64,000 nucleotides of DNA from Polyangiaceae bacterium (GCA_035063585.1 JAPSGB010000024.1:13585-77584), one strand, 5' to 3'. Shown: positions 9,733 to 19,629, counted from the stretch's first letter. The notes: generated by a model from the letters alone, not told the origin. Program-made: numbers and translations.

Positions 9733-11003
9733 GCGGCGCCCTCGCGCTGCGGCGCGAGCCGCGCCCGCACCGCCTCGGCCACGCTGGCGCGTGGGAGGTC
9801 GTCCTCGGTGCGCTCCACCAGATCCTTCACCTTTACCACCTCGCGGCCGAGCTCGTCGTCACCGAGCACCAGCGCCAGGCGCGCGCCCATGGCGTCGGCG
9901 CGGCGCAGCATGCTCTTCATCGAGTTGCCGCGCCCGTCGAGCTCGGCGCGCACGCCGAGCCGGCGGAGCTCGCGCGCGAGCCGGAGCGCCTCCCGGATCG
10001 CCGGCTCGCCGATGGGAGCAAGGTACGCGAGCGCGGGCGCTCGAGCGGGCGCCTCCGGCATCGCGAGCAAGAGCCGCTCGAGCCCCATGGCAAAGCCGAT
10101 GGCCGGCACCGGCGGGCCGCCGAGCTCGGCGATCATGGCGTCGTAGCGCCCGCCGCCCGCGATGGTGTTTTGCGCGCCGAGGCTGCCCGCGGTGGTCCGG
10201 ATCTCGAAGAGGGTCCGCGTGTAGTAGTCGAGCCCGCGCACGAGCGCGGCCTCGACCCGATACGGGGTGCCGAGCGCGTCGAGGGCTCGGAGCAGCGCCT
10301 CCCAGTGCGCGCGGTCGGCGTCGTCGAGCGAGTCGATCGCGGCCGGCGCGCCCCGGGCTGCCTCCTGGTCCCGAGGATCCTTCGAATCGAGGATGCGGAG
10401 CGGGTTTACCTCGAGTCGGGCGCGGGCGTGCTCGCTCAGCGCGCCCGCGCGCGGGCGGAGGTACTCGAGCAGCGCCGCGCGATATCGCGCGCGTGACGCC
10501 GGGCCGCCGAGCGAGCCGACGCACACCTCGAGCTCGCCGATGCCGAGCTCGCCGAAGAGGCCGCACAGCATGTCGATGAGCTCGGCGTCGCAGCTCGGCC
10601 CAGGATCACCGAAGATCTCGCAGCCCGCCTGGTGAAACTGCCGATAGCGCCCGCGCTGCGGCCGCTCGGCGCGAAACATCGGGCCGAGGTAGTAGAAGCG
10701 GCTCACCGGCTCGCGGCTCTGCACCTTCGCCTCGACGTAGGCTCGCGCGACGCCGGCGGTGCCCTCGGGCCGCAACGTCAGCGACTCGTCGTGCCGGGAG
10801 AAGGTGAACATCTCCTTCTCGACCACGTCGGTCGTGTCGCCGAGCGAGCGAACGAACAGCTCGGTCGGCTCGAGGACCGGGGTGCGGATCTCGGAGTAAC
10901 CGTGGAGCTCCGCCGTGCGCCGAAAGCCGTCCTCCAGGCGATGCCAGCGCCCGACCTCGTCGGGGAGGATGTCGTTCATCCCCTTCACACGGCGAAACTG
11001 CAT
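9729..11003 (-). CDS. hisS: Histidine--tRNA ligase
   Basis: VKGMNDILP, LRPEGTA, FRAERPQRGRYRQF, LVRGLDYY, GGGRYD, GFAMGLERL. Start placed at ATG 11003. Confidence 0.97.
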   Translation of the reverse strand: MQFRRVKGMNDILPDEVGRWHRLEDGFRRTAELHGYSEIRTPVLEPTELFVRSLGDTTDVVEKEMFTFSRHDESLTLRPEGTAGVARAYVEAKVQSREPVSRFYYLGPMFRAERPQRGRYRQFHQAGCEIFGDPGPSCDAELIDMLCGLFGELGIGELEVCVGSLGGPASRARYRAALLEYLRPRAGALSEHARARLEVNPLRILDSKDPRDQEAARGAPAAIDSLDDADRAHWEALLRALDALGTPYRVEAALVRGLDYYTRTLFEIRTTAGSLGAQNTIAGGGRYDAMIAELGGPPVPAIGFAMGLERLLLAMPEAPARAPALAYLAPIGEPAIREALRLARELRRLGVRAELDGRGNSMKSMLRRADAMGARLALVLGDDELGREVVKVKDLVERTEDDLPRASVAEAVRARLAPQREGAA

Positions 11004-11195
11004 GACTTTCCCGAGGTGGCTGGTGGCGGGGCGGCGTCCCCGGGGCGAGTGGAGCGGGCCTGAGGTCCGGTGCGCCGGACCGGGCCCGGGACGCGCCGTC
11101 CGGCTTATGCTCGGAGCGGGAGGTCGGGTCAAGCACGGAGCGCGGCAGATCGCCCCGCGCGCCTCCCGGCTTAATGGTAGATGCGCGCGGGTCGC

Positions 11196-11618
11196 ATGCG
11201 CGCGGCTGGAATCGACCTGGGGAAGGTTCGCGTGGGCCTCGCCGTCGCCGACGAGCTCGGGCTCATGGCCCACCCGCGCCCCTTCCTCGACGGTCGCGAT
11301 CCGGGCCGCGCGGTCGGCGAGCTGGCCCGGCTGGCCGTCGAGGAGCGTATCGAGCTCTTCGTGGTGGGGTTGCCGCGCACGCTCTCCGGCGCCGAAGGTC
11401 CGCCGGCGCGCCGGGCCCGGCGCTTCGCGGAGCGCCTCGCTGCGCGCACCGGGCTCCCGGTGGAGCTCCTCGACGAGCGGCTGACGACCCGCGAGGCGCA
11501 CGCGCGTCTTCGCGAGCAGGGCCTCGACCAGCGCGCCGCCCGCGAACGAGTGGACAGCGCCGCGGCGGCGGTCCTGCTCCAGTCCTGGCTCGATGGCCGG
11601 AGGGCTGTCGAGCCGTGA
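11196..11618 (+). CDS. ruvX: Holliday junction resolvase RuvX / pre-16S rRNA nuclease YqgF
   Basis: GIDLGKVRVGLAVAD, VVGLP, DERLTT, VDSAAAAVLLQSWL. Confidence 0.94.
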   Translation: MRAAGIDLGKVRVGLAVADELGLMAHPRPFLDGRDPGRAVGELARLAVEERIELFVVGLPRTLSGAEGPPARRARRFAERLAARTGLPVELLDERLTTREAHARLREQGLDQRAARERVDSAAAAVLLQSWLDGRRAVEP

Positions 11619-12784
11619 CCGCCAAGCATGAGCCGGCTCGCCCGAGCGGGGCCCGGCGGCGGTCGCCCCGGCCGGCGCGCGCGCCGCGCCGGAGCGGCGC
11701 GCGGCGTCCGCGGCGGCCGCGGCGGCGGCTCCTCGTCATCGCCGCCCTCGCGGTCGCGCCGCTGGCGCTCGCCCTCGCGGGGCTCCTCGTCTGGGCGGTC
11801 CTGCCCGGACCGAAGACCGGCCGCCGGCTCGCGTTCGAGTTGCCCGCCGACGCCGACCGCTCGGCGCTGGCAGCGCGCCTCGCCGAGGCGGGCGCGATCG
11901 CGAGCCCGCGGCTCTTCTCGGCGTACCTCGCGCTGCTCCGCTCCGAGCCGCCGCTCGAGATCGGCCCCCACCTGCTCGACGATGGCCTCTCCCCGCGCGA
12001 TCTCGTGCGGTACCTCGCGCGGCTGCCGGCCCGCCCCCGCGCGCGGGTGACCATCCCCGAGGGCTGGAATCGCCTCCAGATCGGCGCGCGGCTCGAGCAG
12101 TCGGGGGTCTGCGCCGCGAGCGAGTTCCAGCGGGCTGCCACCGACCCGGCGCTCCTCGCGCACCTGTCGATCCGCGGGGACAGCGCCGAGGGGTACCTCT
12201 TCCCCGCCACCTACGACCTCTACCACGACGCGCGCGCCGAGGACGTCATCACCGCGATGGTGCAGCAGGCCCGAAAACACCTCGTGCGCCTCGACGCGAA
12301 GCATGCGGGCGCCCTCGGGCGCTACGTCGCGACCCGCGGCTGGGGCGAGCGCGCGGTGCTCACGATGGCGTCCATCGTGGAGCGGGAGGCGCGCCACGCC
12401 GACGAGATGCCCATCATCGCCAGCGTCTACCTGAATCGCCTCGACTCGCCCGAGTTCCGCCCCGCGCGCACCCTCATGGCCGACCCGACCGCTGGATACG
12501 GCTGCGCCATCGAGCCCGCGCTCGCGCGGAGCTGCGCGGGCTACGCGGGGGTCATCACGCCGGCCATGCTGCGCGACGCGACCAACCGCTACAACACCTA
12601 CAAGCACCCGGGGCTGCCGCCAGGTCCCATCGCGAACCCGGGCGAGGACGCCATCGCGGCGGTGCTCACGCCCGCCGAGACGGACTACCTCTTCTTCGTC
12701 GCGACCGGCGGCGGGCGTCACACCTTCAGCCGCACGATGGACGAGCACCAGGCCGCCATCGACGGCGCGCGGCGCGGCAAGTAG
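11615..12784 (+). CDS. mltG: Endolytic transglycosylase MltG (YceG family)
   Basis: N-terminal TM, VTIPEG, EGYLFPATY, ASIVEREA, YNTYKHPGLPPGPIANPG. GTG 11615 overlaps the ruvX stop. Confidence 0.94.
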   Translation: MTAKHEPARPSGARRRSPRPARAPRRSGARRPRRPRRRLLVIAALAVAPLALALAGLLVWAVLPGPKTGRRLAFELPADADRSALAARLAEAGAIASPRLFSAYLALLRSEPPLEIGPHLLDDGLSPRDLVRYLARLPARPRARVTIPEGWNRLQIGARLEQSGVCAASEFQRAATDPALLAHLSIRGDSAEGYLFPATYDLYHDARAEDVITAMVQQARKHLVRLDAKHAGALGRYVATRGWGERAVLTMASIVEREARHADEMPIIASVYLNRLDSPEFRPARTLMADPTAGYGCAIEPALARSCAGYAGVITPAMLRDATNRYNTYKHPGLPPGPIANPGEDAIAAVLTPAETDYLFFVATGGGRHTFSRTMDEHQAAIDGARRGK

Positions 12785-12867
12785 CCGGGGAGGCTGGCCG
12801 GCGATGGGGTCGTCGGCCTCGCGCGACGGGGCCTCGCGCGCGGCGCGGCAAGCAGCGGCGGAGGCTG

Positions 12868-12887
12868 GCCGGTCCGGCGCGGCCGGC
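12868..12887 (+). repeat. REP-like dispersed palindrome GCCGGTCCGGCGCGGCCGGC
   Basis: Identical copies at 40906-40925 and 62985-63004, reverse copy at 7956-7975. All intergenic. Confidence 0.7.
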
Positions 12888-13028
12888 GGCGTGGCGCGGT
12901 GGCGGCGCGGTCCGGCGGCGTGGCGCGCCGCGCGGTCCGGCGGCGCGGCGTGGCGCGGTGGCGGCGCGAAATGGGCGCGCGCGCCAAGCCGCTTTTCGTC
13001 GCCGGCGTCCGGCGCTATGCCGGACCGC

Positions 13029-14999
13029 ATGGACGCCTATGAAGCAGCGGTAAAGACCATCCAGTTTCTCTCGGTCGACGGCGTGGAGCGGGCCAAGAGC
13101 GGTCACCCGGGCACGCCCATGGCGCTCGCCGGCATCACGGTGGACATCTTCACACGCCACCTCCGCTACGATCCCGCGGACCCAGCCTGGCCGAACCGCG
13201 ACCGGTTCGTGCTCTCCTGCGGCCATGCGTCGATGCTGCTCTACTCGACGCTCCACCTCGCCGGTTATGAGCTCTCGCTCGAGGATCTGAAGCAATTCCG
13301 GCAGTGGGGCTCTCGGACACCGGGGCACCCGGAGGTGCACCACACGCCGGGCGTCGAGACCACCACCGGGCCGCTCGGGCAGGGCGTCGGCAACGCGGTC
13401 GGCTTGGCGCTGGCCGGGAAGCTCGCGCAGGCGCGCCTGGCGAGCGACGACGCCGCCCTGCTCGACTATCGCGTGTTCGGGCTCTGCTCCGACGGCGACT
13501 TGATGGAAGGCGTGAGCGCCGAGGCGTCGAGCGTGGCGGGACACCTCGGCCTCGACAACCTCGTGATGGTCTACGACGACAACCACATCACCATCGACGG
13601 CCGCACCGAGATAAGCTTCACCGAGGACGTCGGCAAGCGCTACGAGGCGTACGGGTGGTACGTGCAGCACGTCGACGGGCACTCGCCCGACGAGGTCCGC
13701 GCCGCGCTCGACCGGGCGGTCGCCGAGCCGAAGCGGCCGAGCCTCATCGTCGCCCGTACCCACATCGCCATCGGCTCGCCGAACAAGCAAGACACCTCCG
13801 CGGCCCACGGCGCGCCGCTCGGCGCCGCCGAGATCGAGCTCACCAAGAAGGCCGCAGGTTGGCCGCTCGAGCCCTTCTACGTAGCCGACGAAGCGCGCGC
13901 GCTCTTCGACGCGCGGCGCCAGGAGAACCAGGCCGTCCACGCCGCCTGGAACGAGCAGCGCGCCGCGCTCACCGGCGAGCGCAAGGCGCGGCTCGACACG
14001 CTCCTCGCGCGCGCCGTCCCGGCGGATCTGTTCGCGAAGCTGGTGGCGGCCGCCGAGCCCGGCAAGAAGGACGCGACCCGCTCGCTCGCGGCGGCGCTCG
14101 AGCAGGTCGTGGCGCGCGAGGTGCCGGCGTTCCTCGGCGGCGCGGCCGATCTCGCGGAGTCGACCAAGACCACGATCAAGGGCGGCGGCGAGGTGCAGCG
14201 CGGCGAGTACGCAGGCCGCAACCTCCACTTCGGTATCCGCGAGCACGGCATGGGCGCGATCCTGAACGGGCTCGCCCTGAGCGGGTTCTTCATCCCGTTC
14301 GGTTCGACCTTCCTCATCTTCAGCGACTACATGCGCCCGAGCGTGCGACTAGCGGCGCTCATGGGCGAGCAGGTGCTCTTCGTCTACACGCACGACTCGG
14401 TGTTCCTCGGCGAGGACGGCCCGACGCACCAGGCGATCGAGCAGCTCGCCTCCCTCCGACTCATCCCGAACCTCGACGTGGTGCGTCCGGCCGACTCGCT
14501 CGAGTGCGCGGCGGCCTGGGCCCACGCTCTCGCGCGCCGAGACGGCCCCACGGCCTTCGCGTTGTCACGTCAGGCGCTGCCGCCGCTCGAGCGCGGCGCG
14601 GGCTTCGACCCGCGCGACCTGCTGAAGGGCGCGTACATCGTCGCGGACGCGAGCGATCCGGAGCTCGTGCTCATCGCGACCGGCAGCGAGGTGCACGTCG
14701 CGGTCGAGGCGCAGCGCCTCCTCGCCGCGCAGGGCAGGCGAGTGCGCGTGGTGAGCGCGTGGTGCTGGGAGGCGTTCTCGCGGCTCCCCGAGGCGGAGCG
14801 TGACGCCATCCTCGGCCGCGGCCTCCGGCGAGCGACGCTCGAGGCCGGACGCACCGCGACCTGGGCGGGCGTCGCCGGCGCGCGCGGGATCACCATCGGG
14901 ATCGATCGCTTCGGCGCCTCCGCGCCTGCCGAGCGCATCGCCGACGAGTTCGGCATCACCGCGGCGAAGGTCCGCGACCGCATCCTCGCCGAGCTCTAA
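13029..14999 (+). CDS. tkt: Transketolase
   Basis: SGHPG, RDRFVLSCGH, TTGPLGQG, SDGDLMEG, FGIREHGM, THDSVFLGEDGPTHQ. Confidence 0.97.
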   Translation: MDAYEAAVKTIQFLSVDGVERAKSGHPGTPMALAGITVDIFTRHLRYDPADPAWPNRDRFVLSCGHASMLLYSTLHLAGYELSLEDLKQFRQWGSRTPGHPEVHHTPGVETTTGPLGQGVGNAVGLALAGKLAQARLASDDAALLDYRVFGLCSDGDLMEGVSAEASSVAGHLGLDNLVMVYDDNHITIDGRTEISFTEDVGKRYEAYGWYVQHVDGHSPDEVRAALDRAVAEPKRPSLIVARTHIAIGSPNKQDTSAAHGAPLGAAEIELTKKAAGWPLEPFYVADEARALFDARRQENQAVHAAWNEQRAALTGERKARLDTLLARAVPADLFAKLVAAAEPGKKDATRSLAAALEQVVAREVPAFLGGAADLAESTKTTIKGGGEVQRGEYAGRNLHFGIREHGMGAILNGLALSGFFIPFGSTFLIFSDYMRPSVRLAALMGEQVLFVYTHDSVFLGEDGPTHQAIEQLASLRLIPNLDVVRPADSLECAAAWAHALARRDGPTAFALSRQALPPLERGAGFDPRDLLKGAYIVADASDPELVLIATGSEVHVAVEAQRLLAAQGRRVRVVSAWCWEAFSRLPEAERDAILGRGLRRATLEAGRTATWAGVAGARGITIGIDRFGASAPAERIADEFGITAAKVRDRILAEL

Positions 15000-15049
15000 T
15001 TCGTTTGCGCGCCCGCGCGGGGAGGGTGATAGTCGGAAGCGAGGCGGCG

Positions 15050-15403
15050 ATGACTCTCCCGATGGTGCTCGTTCCGCACCCGCACGTGCGCGTCGATTCG
15101 AATGTGCTCGGCGGGAGTCCCTACGTCGCCGGGTCGCGCGTGCTCGTGCGCCGCCTCTTCGCGTTCTATCGGCGCGGCGTGCCGATCGAGCAGCTCCGCA
15201 AGAACTTCCCGCAGCTCCGGCCGGCGGCGCTCTTCGATGCGCTAGCGTTCGCGCTCGACAATCCCGAGGTGATGGACGCGGACCTCGCCAGCGAACGGGA
15301 GATCCTGGCTCGGCTCCACCGGCGAGCGCCCGGCAAGCCTCAGGGCCCGGAGCAAATCGAACTGCCGTTCGCCCGCGCGACCGGCTCGGGCGCTCGAGGC
15401 TGA
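15050..15403 (+). CDS. DUF433-domain protein (antitoxin-like winged helix)
   Basis: VDSNVLGGSPYVAGSRVLV..G..IEQLRKNFPQL....FDALAF matches the DUF433 pattern. Confidence 0.8.
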   Translation: MTLPMVLVPHPHVRVDSNVLGGSPYVAGSRVLVRRLFAFYRRGVPIEQLRKNFPQLRPAALFDALAFALDNPEVMDADLASEREILARLHRRAPGKPQGPEQIELPFARATGSGARG

Positions 15404-15601
15404 GCGGCGCTCGCGTCCGGAGGGGCTCCGGGGGGCGCGCGAGGCGCGGTCCCCCCGCGAGGACGGCCGCATGGGGCTTCGGGGTGCCGCGTTCCGGGTC
15501 CCCCGTGCAAAATTCCTTTACAGCGACCAAGAATCGAGCGAGAAGCGGCGCGCGAGCCGGTCCCCAGGCGGTCGGCGAGGCGGTCGGAGCACGCGAGAAT
15601 C

Positions 15602-15617
15602 ATCAAAGTGGTTTGAT
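15602..15617. promoter_or_regulatory. Palindromic operator candidate ATCAAA-GTGG-TTTGAT
   Basis: Perfect 6-bp inverted repeat in an AT-rich patch ~115 bp upstream of the Cys-rich lipoprotein gene. Confidence 0.4.
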
Positions 15618-15733
15618 TAGAGGGCGTAGGTGGCTCGTCGATTTGGTGCCCCGGTGGGGTTCCCAAGGCGGCGCGCCGGGTGTAGCGTGCACCGCCGACG
15701 CGCCCGGGATTGGGCTTGAGGAGGTATTTCAAG

Positions 15734-17011
15734 ATGGTCGCGAATCGTTGGCGAAAGATGTCTGGTCCGGTGCTCGGCGTGGTCGCACTCACCGCGGTGC
15801 CGATGTTGGTCGATTGCGGCGGGCTGCCGAAGCTGCCGGGCGTGCCGGGTCTGCCGGGGAGCAACTGCCCCGACATGGCTGACGTGAGCGCGATCGCGAG
15901 CTTCGATTGGCAGAAGGAGTTCAAGCTCGACGCCGAGGTCTCCGGCAAGCTCAAGGGCGGCCTCAGCGCCGCGGCCGAGCTCAAGGGGCTGGCGCTCCAG
16001 ATCGACGGCGAGCTGAAGACCGCCTGCAACAAGCTGTCGTCGGATCTCGGCGGTTCGACCGGCGAGGACGGCGCCACGGCCTGCAAGGCGGCCATGAGCG
16101 CGATGGGCGCCATCAAGGCGAAGATGGGCGCGTCGGCGAAGATCAGCCTCGCTCTCAAGCCTCCGGTCTGCTCGGTGTCGATCGACGCCGCGGCCGAGTG
16201 CGCCGGGAGCTGCGACGCCAGCGTCTCGGGCGGCAAGGCCGAGGTGAAGTGCGAGGGCGGTGAGATTTCGGGCGAGTGCGGCGCGAGCTGCGAGGGCTCG
16301 TGTAACATCGAGGCGGGCGGCAAGTGTGAAGGCACCTGCAACGGCGCCTGCGACGCCGGCTTCTCGGGCACTTGCAGCGGCACCTGCGACGGCAAGTGCG
16401 ACGGCAAGGACGCCAAGGGCGAGTGCAAGGGCAAGTGCGAGGGCAAGTGCGACGTGAGCGGTGGCGGCACCTGCTCCGGTAGCTGCAAGGGCGAGTGCAA
16501 GCTCAAGGCGGCGGCCGAGTGCAAGGGCACCTGCTCGGGCAAGTGCTCGGTGGAGATGAAGGCCCCGCAGTGCTCCGGCACGGTGGAGCCCCCGAAGGTG
16601 AGCGCCGAGTGCAAGGCCAACTGCGACGCGAAGCTCAACGCCCAGGCGTCTTGCACGCCGGCCAGCGTGTCGCTGAACATCACCGGCGCGGCGGATGCGT
16701 CGGCGGCGGCCACGTACAAGGCGGCCCTCGAGGCCAACCTGCCGGCGATCCTCAAGGTCGCGATCGGCATGAAGGACAAGGTCGAGGGCGTCGCGGCGAG
16801 CGTCTCCGCGGTGGTCGATGGCCTGCAGGGCACCGTGAAGGGCGCCGTGTCGGGCGGCCCGGCGCTCGCGGCGGGCCTGACGGCCTGCGTCGCGGCTCCC
16901 TTCAAGGGCGCCTTCGACGCGGCGGCCAGCATCAAGGCCAACGTGAACGTCTCGGTCGACGTCAAGGCGAGCGCCTCGGCGAGCGGCAGCGCGGGCGGCA
17001 AGGCCGGCTGA
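15734..17011 (+). CDS. Cysteine-rich (CxGxC repeat) secreted lipoprotein, myxobacterial family, unknown function
   Basis: RBS GAGGAGG, signal peptide ending LVDC, central CEGTC/CSGTC/CDGKC/CKGEC repeats between helical Ala/Lys-rich domains, strong GC3 bias. Confidence 0.85.
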   Translation: MVANRWRKMSGPVLGVVALTAVPMLVDCGGLPKLPGVPGLPGSNCPDMADVSAIASFDWQKEFKLDAEVSGKLKGGLSAAAELKGLALQIDGELKTACNKLSSDLGGSTGEDGATACKAAMSAMGAIKAKMGASAKISLALKPPVCSVSIDAAAECAGSCDASVSGGKAEVKCEGGEISGECGASCEGSCNIEAGGKCEGTCNGACDAGFSGTCSGTCDGKCDGKDAKGECKGKCEGKCDVSGGGTCSGSCKGECKLKAAAECKGTCSGKCSVEMKAPQCSGTVEPPKVSAECKANCDAKLNAQASCTPASVSLNITGAADASAAATYKAALEANLPAILKVAIGMKDKVEGVAASVSAVVDGLQGTVKGAVSGGPALAAGLTACVAAPFKGAFDAAASIKANVNVSVDVKASASASGSAGGKAG

Positions 17012-17031
17012 GCGAGTCCGACGTGAACGCG

Positions 17032-17077
17032 CATTGGGCGCGGTGCTCCGCCAGGAGCCCGCGCCCGATGTGTTTTT
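17032..17077 (+). terminator. Rho-independent terminator candidate
   Basis: Stem CATTGGGCGCGG-T-GCTCC / GGAGC-CCGCGCCCGATG followed by TGTTTTT, between convergent genes. Confidence 0.65.
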
Positions 17078-17112
17078 GTCGGCGACCCGCCGTGGCCGCG
17101 CCGGCGCGAACG

Positions 17113-18198
17113 TCAGGGACGCTCGCCGAGCGCGTCGAGGAACGCCTGGTGCTCCGCCAGCGGGAACGCCTCGGCCAGCAGCGCCACCTCGGCCACGGGC
17201 CGTGGCGGCGCGGAGCGACGCGCTGCGAGGCAGCGGCGAAGCGCCTCCTCGCAGCGCGCGCGAAAGGCTGGGTCCAGCGCGGCCTCGGACACCAGCGCCG
17301 CGTGCGCCGCTTCGGCGAGCGCGGCGTCGCTGCACACGAGCAAGGCGTCACATCCGGCGCGAATCGCTCGCACCGCGGCCTCACCGGGGCCGAGCCCGGC
17401 GAGCGCCTTCATCTCGAGATCATCGCTGAAGAGCACGCCCCGGAAGCCGAGCTCGTCGCGGAGCAGCTCGGTGCAGATCCGGTGGCTGAGGGTCGCGGGG
17501 AGCTCGGGCTCGAGCGCCGGGTACACGACGTGCGCGCTCATCAGGGCAGCCACGCCGGCCTCGATGGCGGCGCGGAACGGCGGGAGCTCGACCGCGCGGA
17601 GCGAGGCCTCGTCTCGGGTGACCGCGGGCAGCTCGAGGTGGCTGTCGGCGGCGGTGTCGCCGTGCCCCGGGAAGTGCTTGCCGCAGCCGAGCACGCCCTG
17701 TCGGCGTAGCCCTTCGACGAAGGCCGGCGCGAGCCGCGCCACTTCCTCGGGGTCCCGACTGAAGGCGCGATCACCGATGATCGGGTTCTTGGGGTTGTTG
17801 TCGACGTCGAGGACGGGCGCAAAATCGAGGTTGAAGCCGAGCGCGCGAAGCCCGCGCCCGATGAGCTCGCCCGCGCGTGCGACGAGCGCCCGGTCGCCGC
17901 GCTCACCGAGCTGCCGCATGGGTGGGAGCGCGAGCGCGGGGGACGGCAGGCGGCGCACGCGCCCCCCTTCCTCGTCCACGCCGACGAAGAGCGGGAGCTC
18001 GGCGGGTGCGGCCCGAGTCGCCGCCGAGCAGAGCTGGTGCGCGACCTCGAGGCTCGGCAGGTTACGCTTGAAGAGGATCACGCCGCCGCGAACGCCGCGC
18101 CGGAGCGCGTCCTCGAGCTCGGTCGGGAGCTCGGTGCCAGGGAAGCCCACGACCAGGAGCTGACCGCAGAGTTGCTCGAGCTCGAGAGCCTCGTTCAT
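17113..18198 (-). CDS. nagZ: Beta-N-acetylhexosaminidase (GH3)
   Basis: GVILFKRN, VDEEGGRVRR, DFAPVLD, KHFPGHG..DSH, FSDDLEM. Confidence 0.93.
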   Translation of the reverse strand: MNEALELEQLCGQLLVVGFPGTELPTELEDALRRGVRGGVILFKRNLPSLEVAHQLCSAATRAAPAELPLFVGVDEEGGRVRRLPSPALALPPMRQLGERGDRALVARAGELIGRGLRALGFNLDFAPVLDVDNNPKNPIIGDRAFSRDPEEVARLAPAFVEGLRRQGVLGCGKHFPGHGDTAADSHLELPAVTRDEASLRAVELPPFRAAIEAGVAALMSAHVVYPALEPELPATLSHRICTELLRDELGFRGVLFSDDLEMKALAGLGPGEAAVRAIRAGCDALLVCSDAALAEAAHAALVSEAALDPAFRARCEEALRRCLAARRSAPPRPVAEVALLAEAFPLAEHQAFLDALGERP

Positions 18199-18243
18199 CG
18201 CCCGTCAGGATAGCCTGCGCCGGGTACGGCTGAACAGCGGCGC

Positions 18244-19629
18244 TCAGCTCTGCCGGGAGAGAGCGCGCGCTGGGTCGGTGCGGGCCGCGCGCCGGGCCGG
18301 ACCGAGCGCCCCGAGGAGGGCGAAACCGGCAGCGAAGGCCACCGCGAGCACCCACAGCCAGAGCGGGAACGCGAAGAAGCTCTTTGGTTTGAACGGAAAA
18401 TCCGGGAGATCGACCGCCGCGCGAGAGTCCGCGACGAGGGCGAGGAGCCGCGCGGCGAGGGCGCCCGCCGCGCCCGCGACCCCGCCGAGCGTCGCGGCGA
18501 GCGCGAGCATCCAGGCGCGCATGTCGCCAGCGCTCGCGCCGAGCGCGCGGTAGAGGCCGATCTCCCGCTCGCGCTCGGCGACCACGACCCGCAGCGTGTG
18601 CGTGATGTTGAGCGCGGCGACCAGGAGGATCACCGCGGCGACCAGCATGAGCAGGGCGAGCACGCTCGAGATGAGCACGCTCACGTCGCGAGCGCGGGTA
18701 TCGTGGGGCACGAGGCCGAGGCGGTCGGCCGCGGCGATGACGTCGCTCGCGTCGCTCGCGCTGCTCACCCGTACCACTACGCTGGAGTATCGGGAGGCCG
18801 CCGCAGGCCCCGCGTACTCGGCGTTCCAGCGCTGGACCACCGCGAGGGGTAGGGTGACGCCGAGGTCGATGGCCTTCGGCGAGATCCCGACGACGCGGAC
18901 GCGGGCCTCGCGCTGCTCGCCGTGCCGCGCCACTCCGAGCAGGGAGTTACCGAGACCCATGGTGAAGATCACGCCGCTGGCGCGCTCCACCAGTGAGCCG
19001 GCGATGGGCGGGAGCCCGTGCGCCGGCGCGATGGCATGATCGAAGAGCTCGACGAGATAGCGGCTGACCAGCGCAGGCACCGGGTCGCTGCATCGGCCCA
19101 CGGCCTCACCGCTCGGCTTCTCGCAGTACTGGGGGGCGGGGCACTCGGCCACCGTGCGGCAGCTTGGGCCCGGGCGCTCGAGCGGATCCCGGAAGCGCTC
19201 TCTGAGCGCTCCGTCGAGCAGGGCGGGCGCGATCCCGTCGCCCACCATCTCGTGGGTCCCGATTTCGTGGCCGAGCAGCTCCTTTCCTCCGCGCGCGGTG
19301 GAGGGGAAGCGAAAGCGCAGCTTCGGATAGACCTCGGCGACCCCCGGGAGCCGCCTGAGCTCGTCGACCGTCGCGGCCTCGATGCCCGCCGGCTCGGGCG
19401 CGTCCCCGAAGAGCGAGAGGAGCCCCGTCGAGCTCCGTACCGGCTCGAGCTCGACCTGATCGATGGGGAAGACGTCTCCGAGCAGCACCCGCCGCGCCCC
19501 GAGCCCGAGCGCGAGGAAGAACACCATGGCCGCGATGCCGACCGCGATGCCAAAGCCTGCCGTGATGAGCGGGCCGCGCACGCGACCGAGCTCCCGCCGC
19601 ACCATGCGCGCGAGCTGGGCCGTCTTCAC
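18244..19629 (-). CDS. MacB/FtsX-type ABC transporter permease
   Basis: TM1, large periplasmic loop, three C-terminal TMs, ERxREIGLYRALGAS, PARRAARTDPARAL. Confidence 0.88.
   Translation of the reverse strand: MKTAQLARMVRRELGRVRGPLITAGFGIAVGIAAMVFFLALGLGARRVLLGDVFPIDQVELEPVRSSTGLLSLFGDAPEPAGIEAATVDELRRLPGVAEVYPKLRFRFPSTARGGKELLGHEIGTHEMVGDGIAPALLDGALRERFRDPLERPGPSCRTVAECPAPQYCEKPSGEAVGRCSDPVPALVSRYLVELFDHAIAPAHGLPPIAGSLVERASGVIFTMGLGNSLLGVARHGEQREARVRVVGISPKAIDLGVTLPLAVVQRWNAEYAGPAAASRYSSVVVRVSSASDASDVIAAADRLGLVPHDTRARDVSVLISSVLALLMLVAAVILLVAALNITHTLRVVVAEREREIGLYRALGASAGDMRAWMLALAATLGGVAGAAGALAARLLALVADSRAAVDLPDFPFKPKSFFAFPLWLWVLAVAFAAGFALLGALGPARRAARTDPARALSRQS

Noticed and set aside
11004..11501. 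Long N-terminal extensions in the ORF track for hisS (also tkt, yajQ, bamD, BamB-like, UgpB-like, hisB)
   Set aside because: They overlap neighbouring genes or repeats and lack family similarity. Downstream starts match the conserved N-termini.
15602..15617. FNR box
   Set aside because: The half-sites are in the reverse order (ATCAA..TTGAT) to the FNR consensus TTGAT-N4-ATCAA. Kept only as a generic palindrome.
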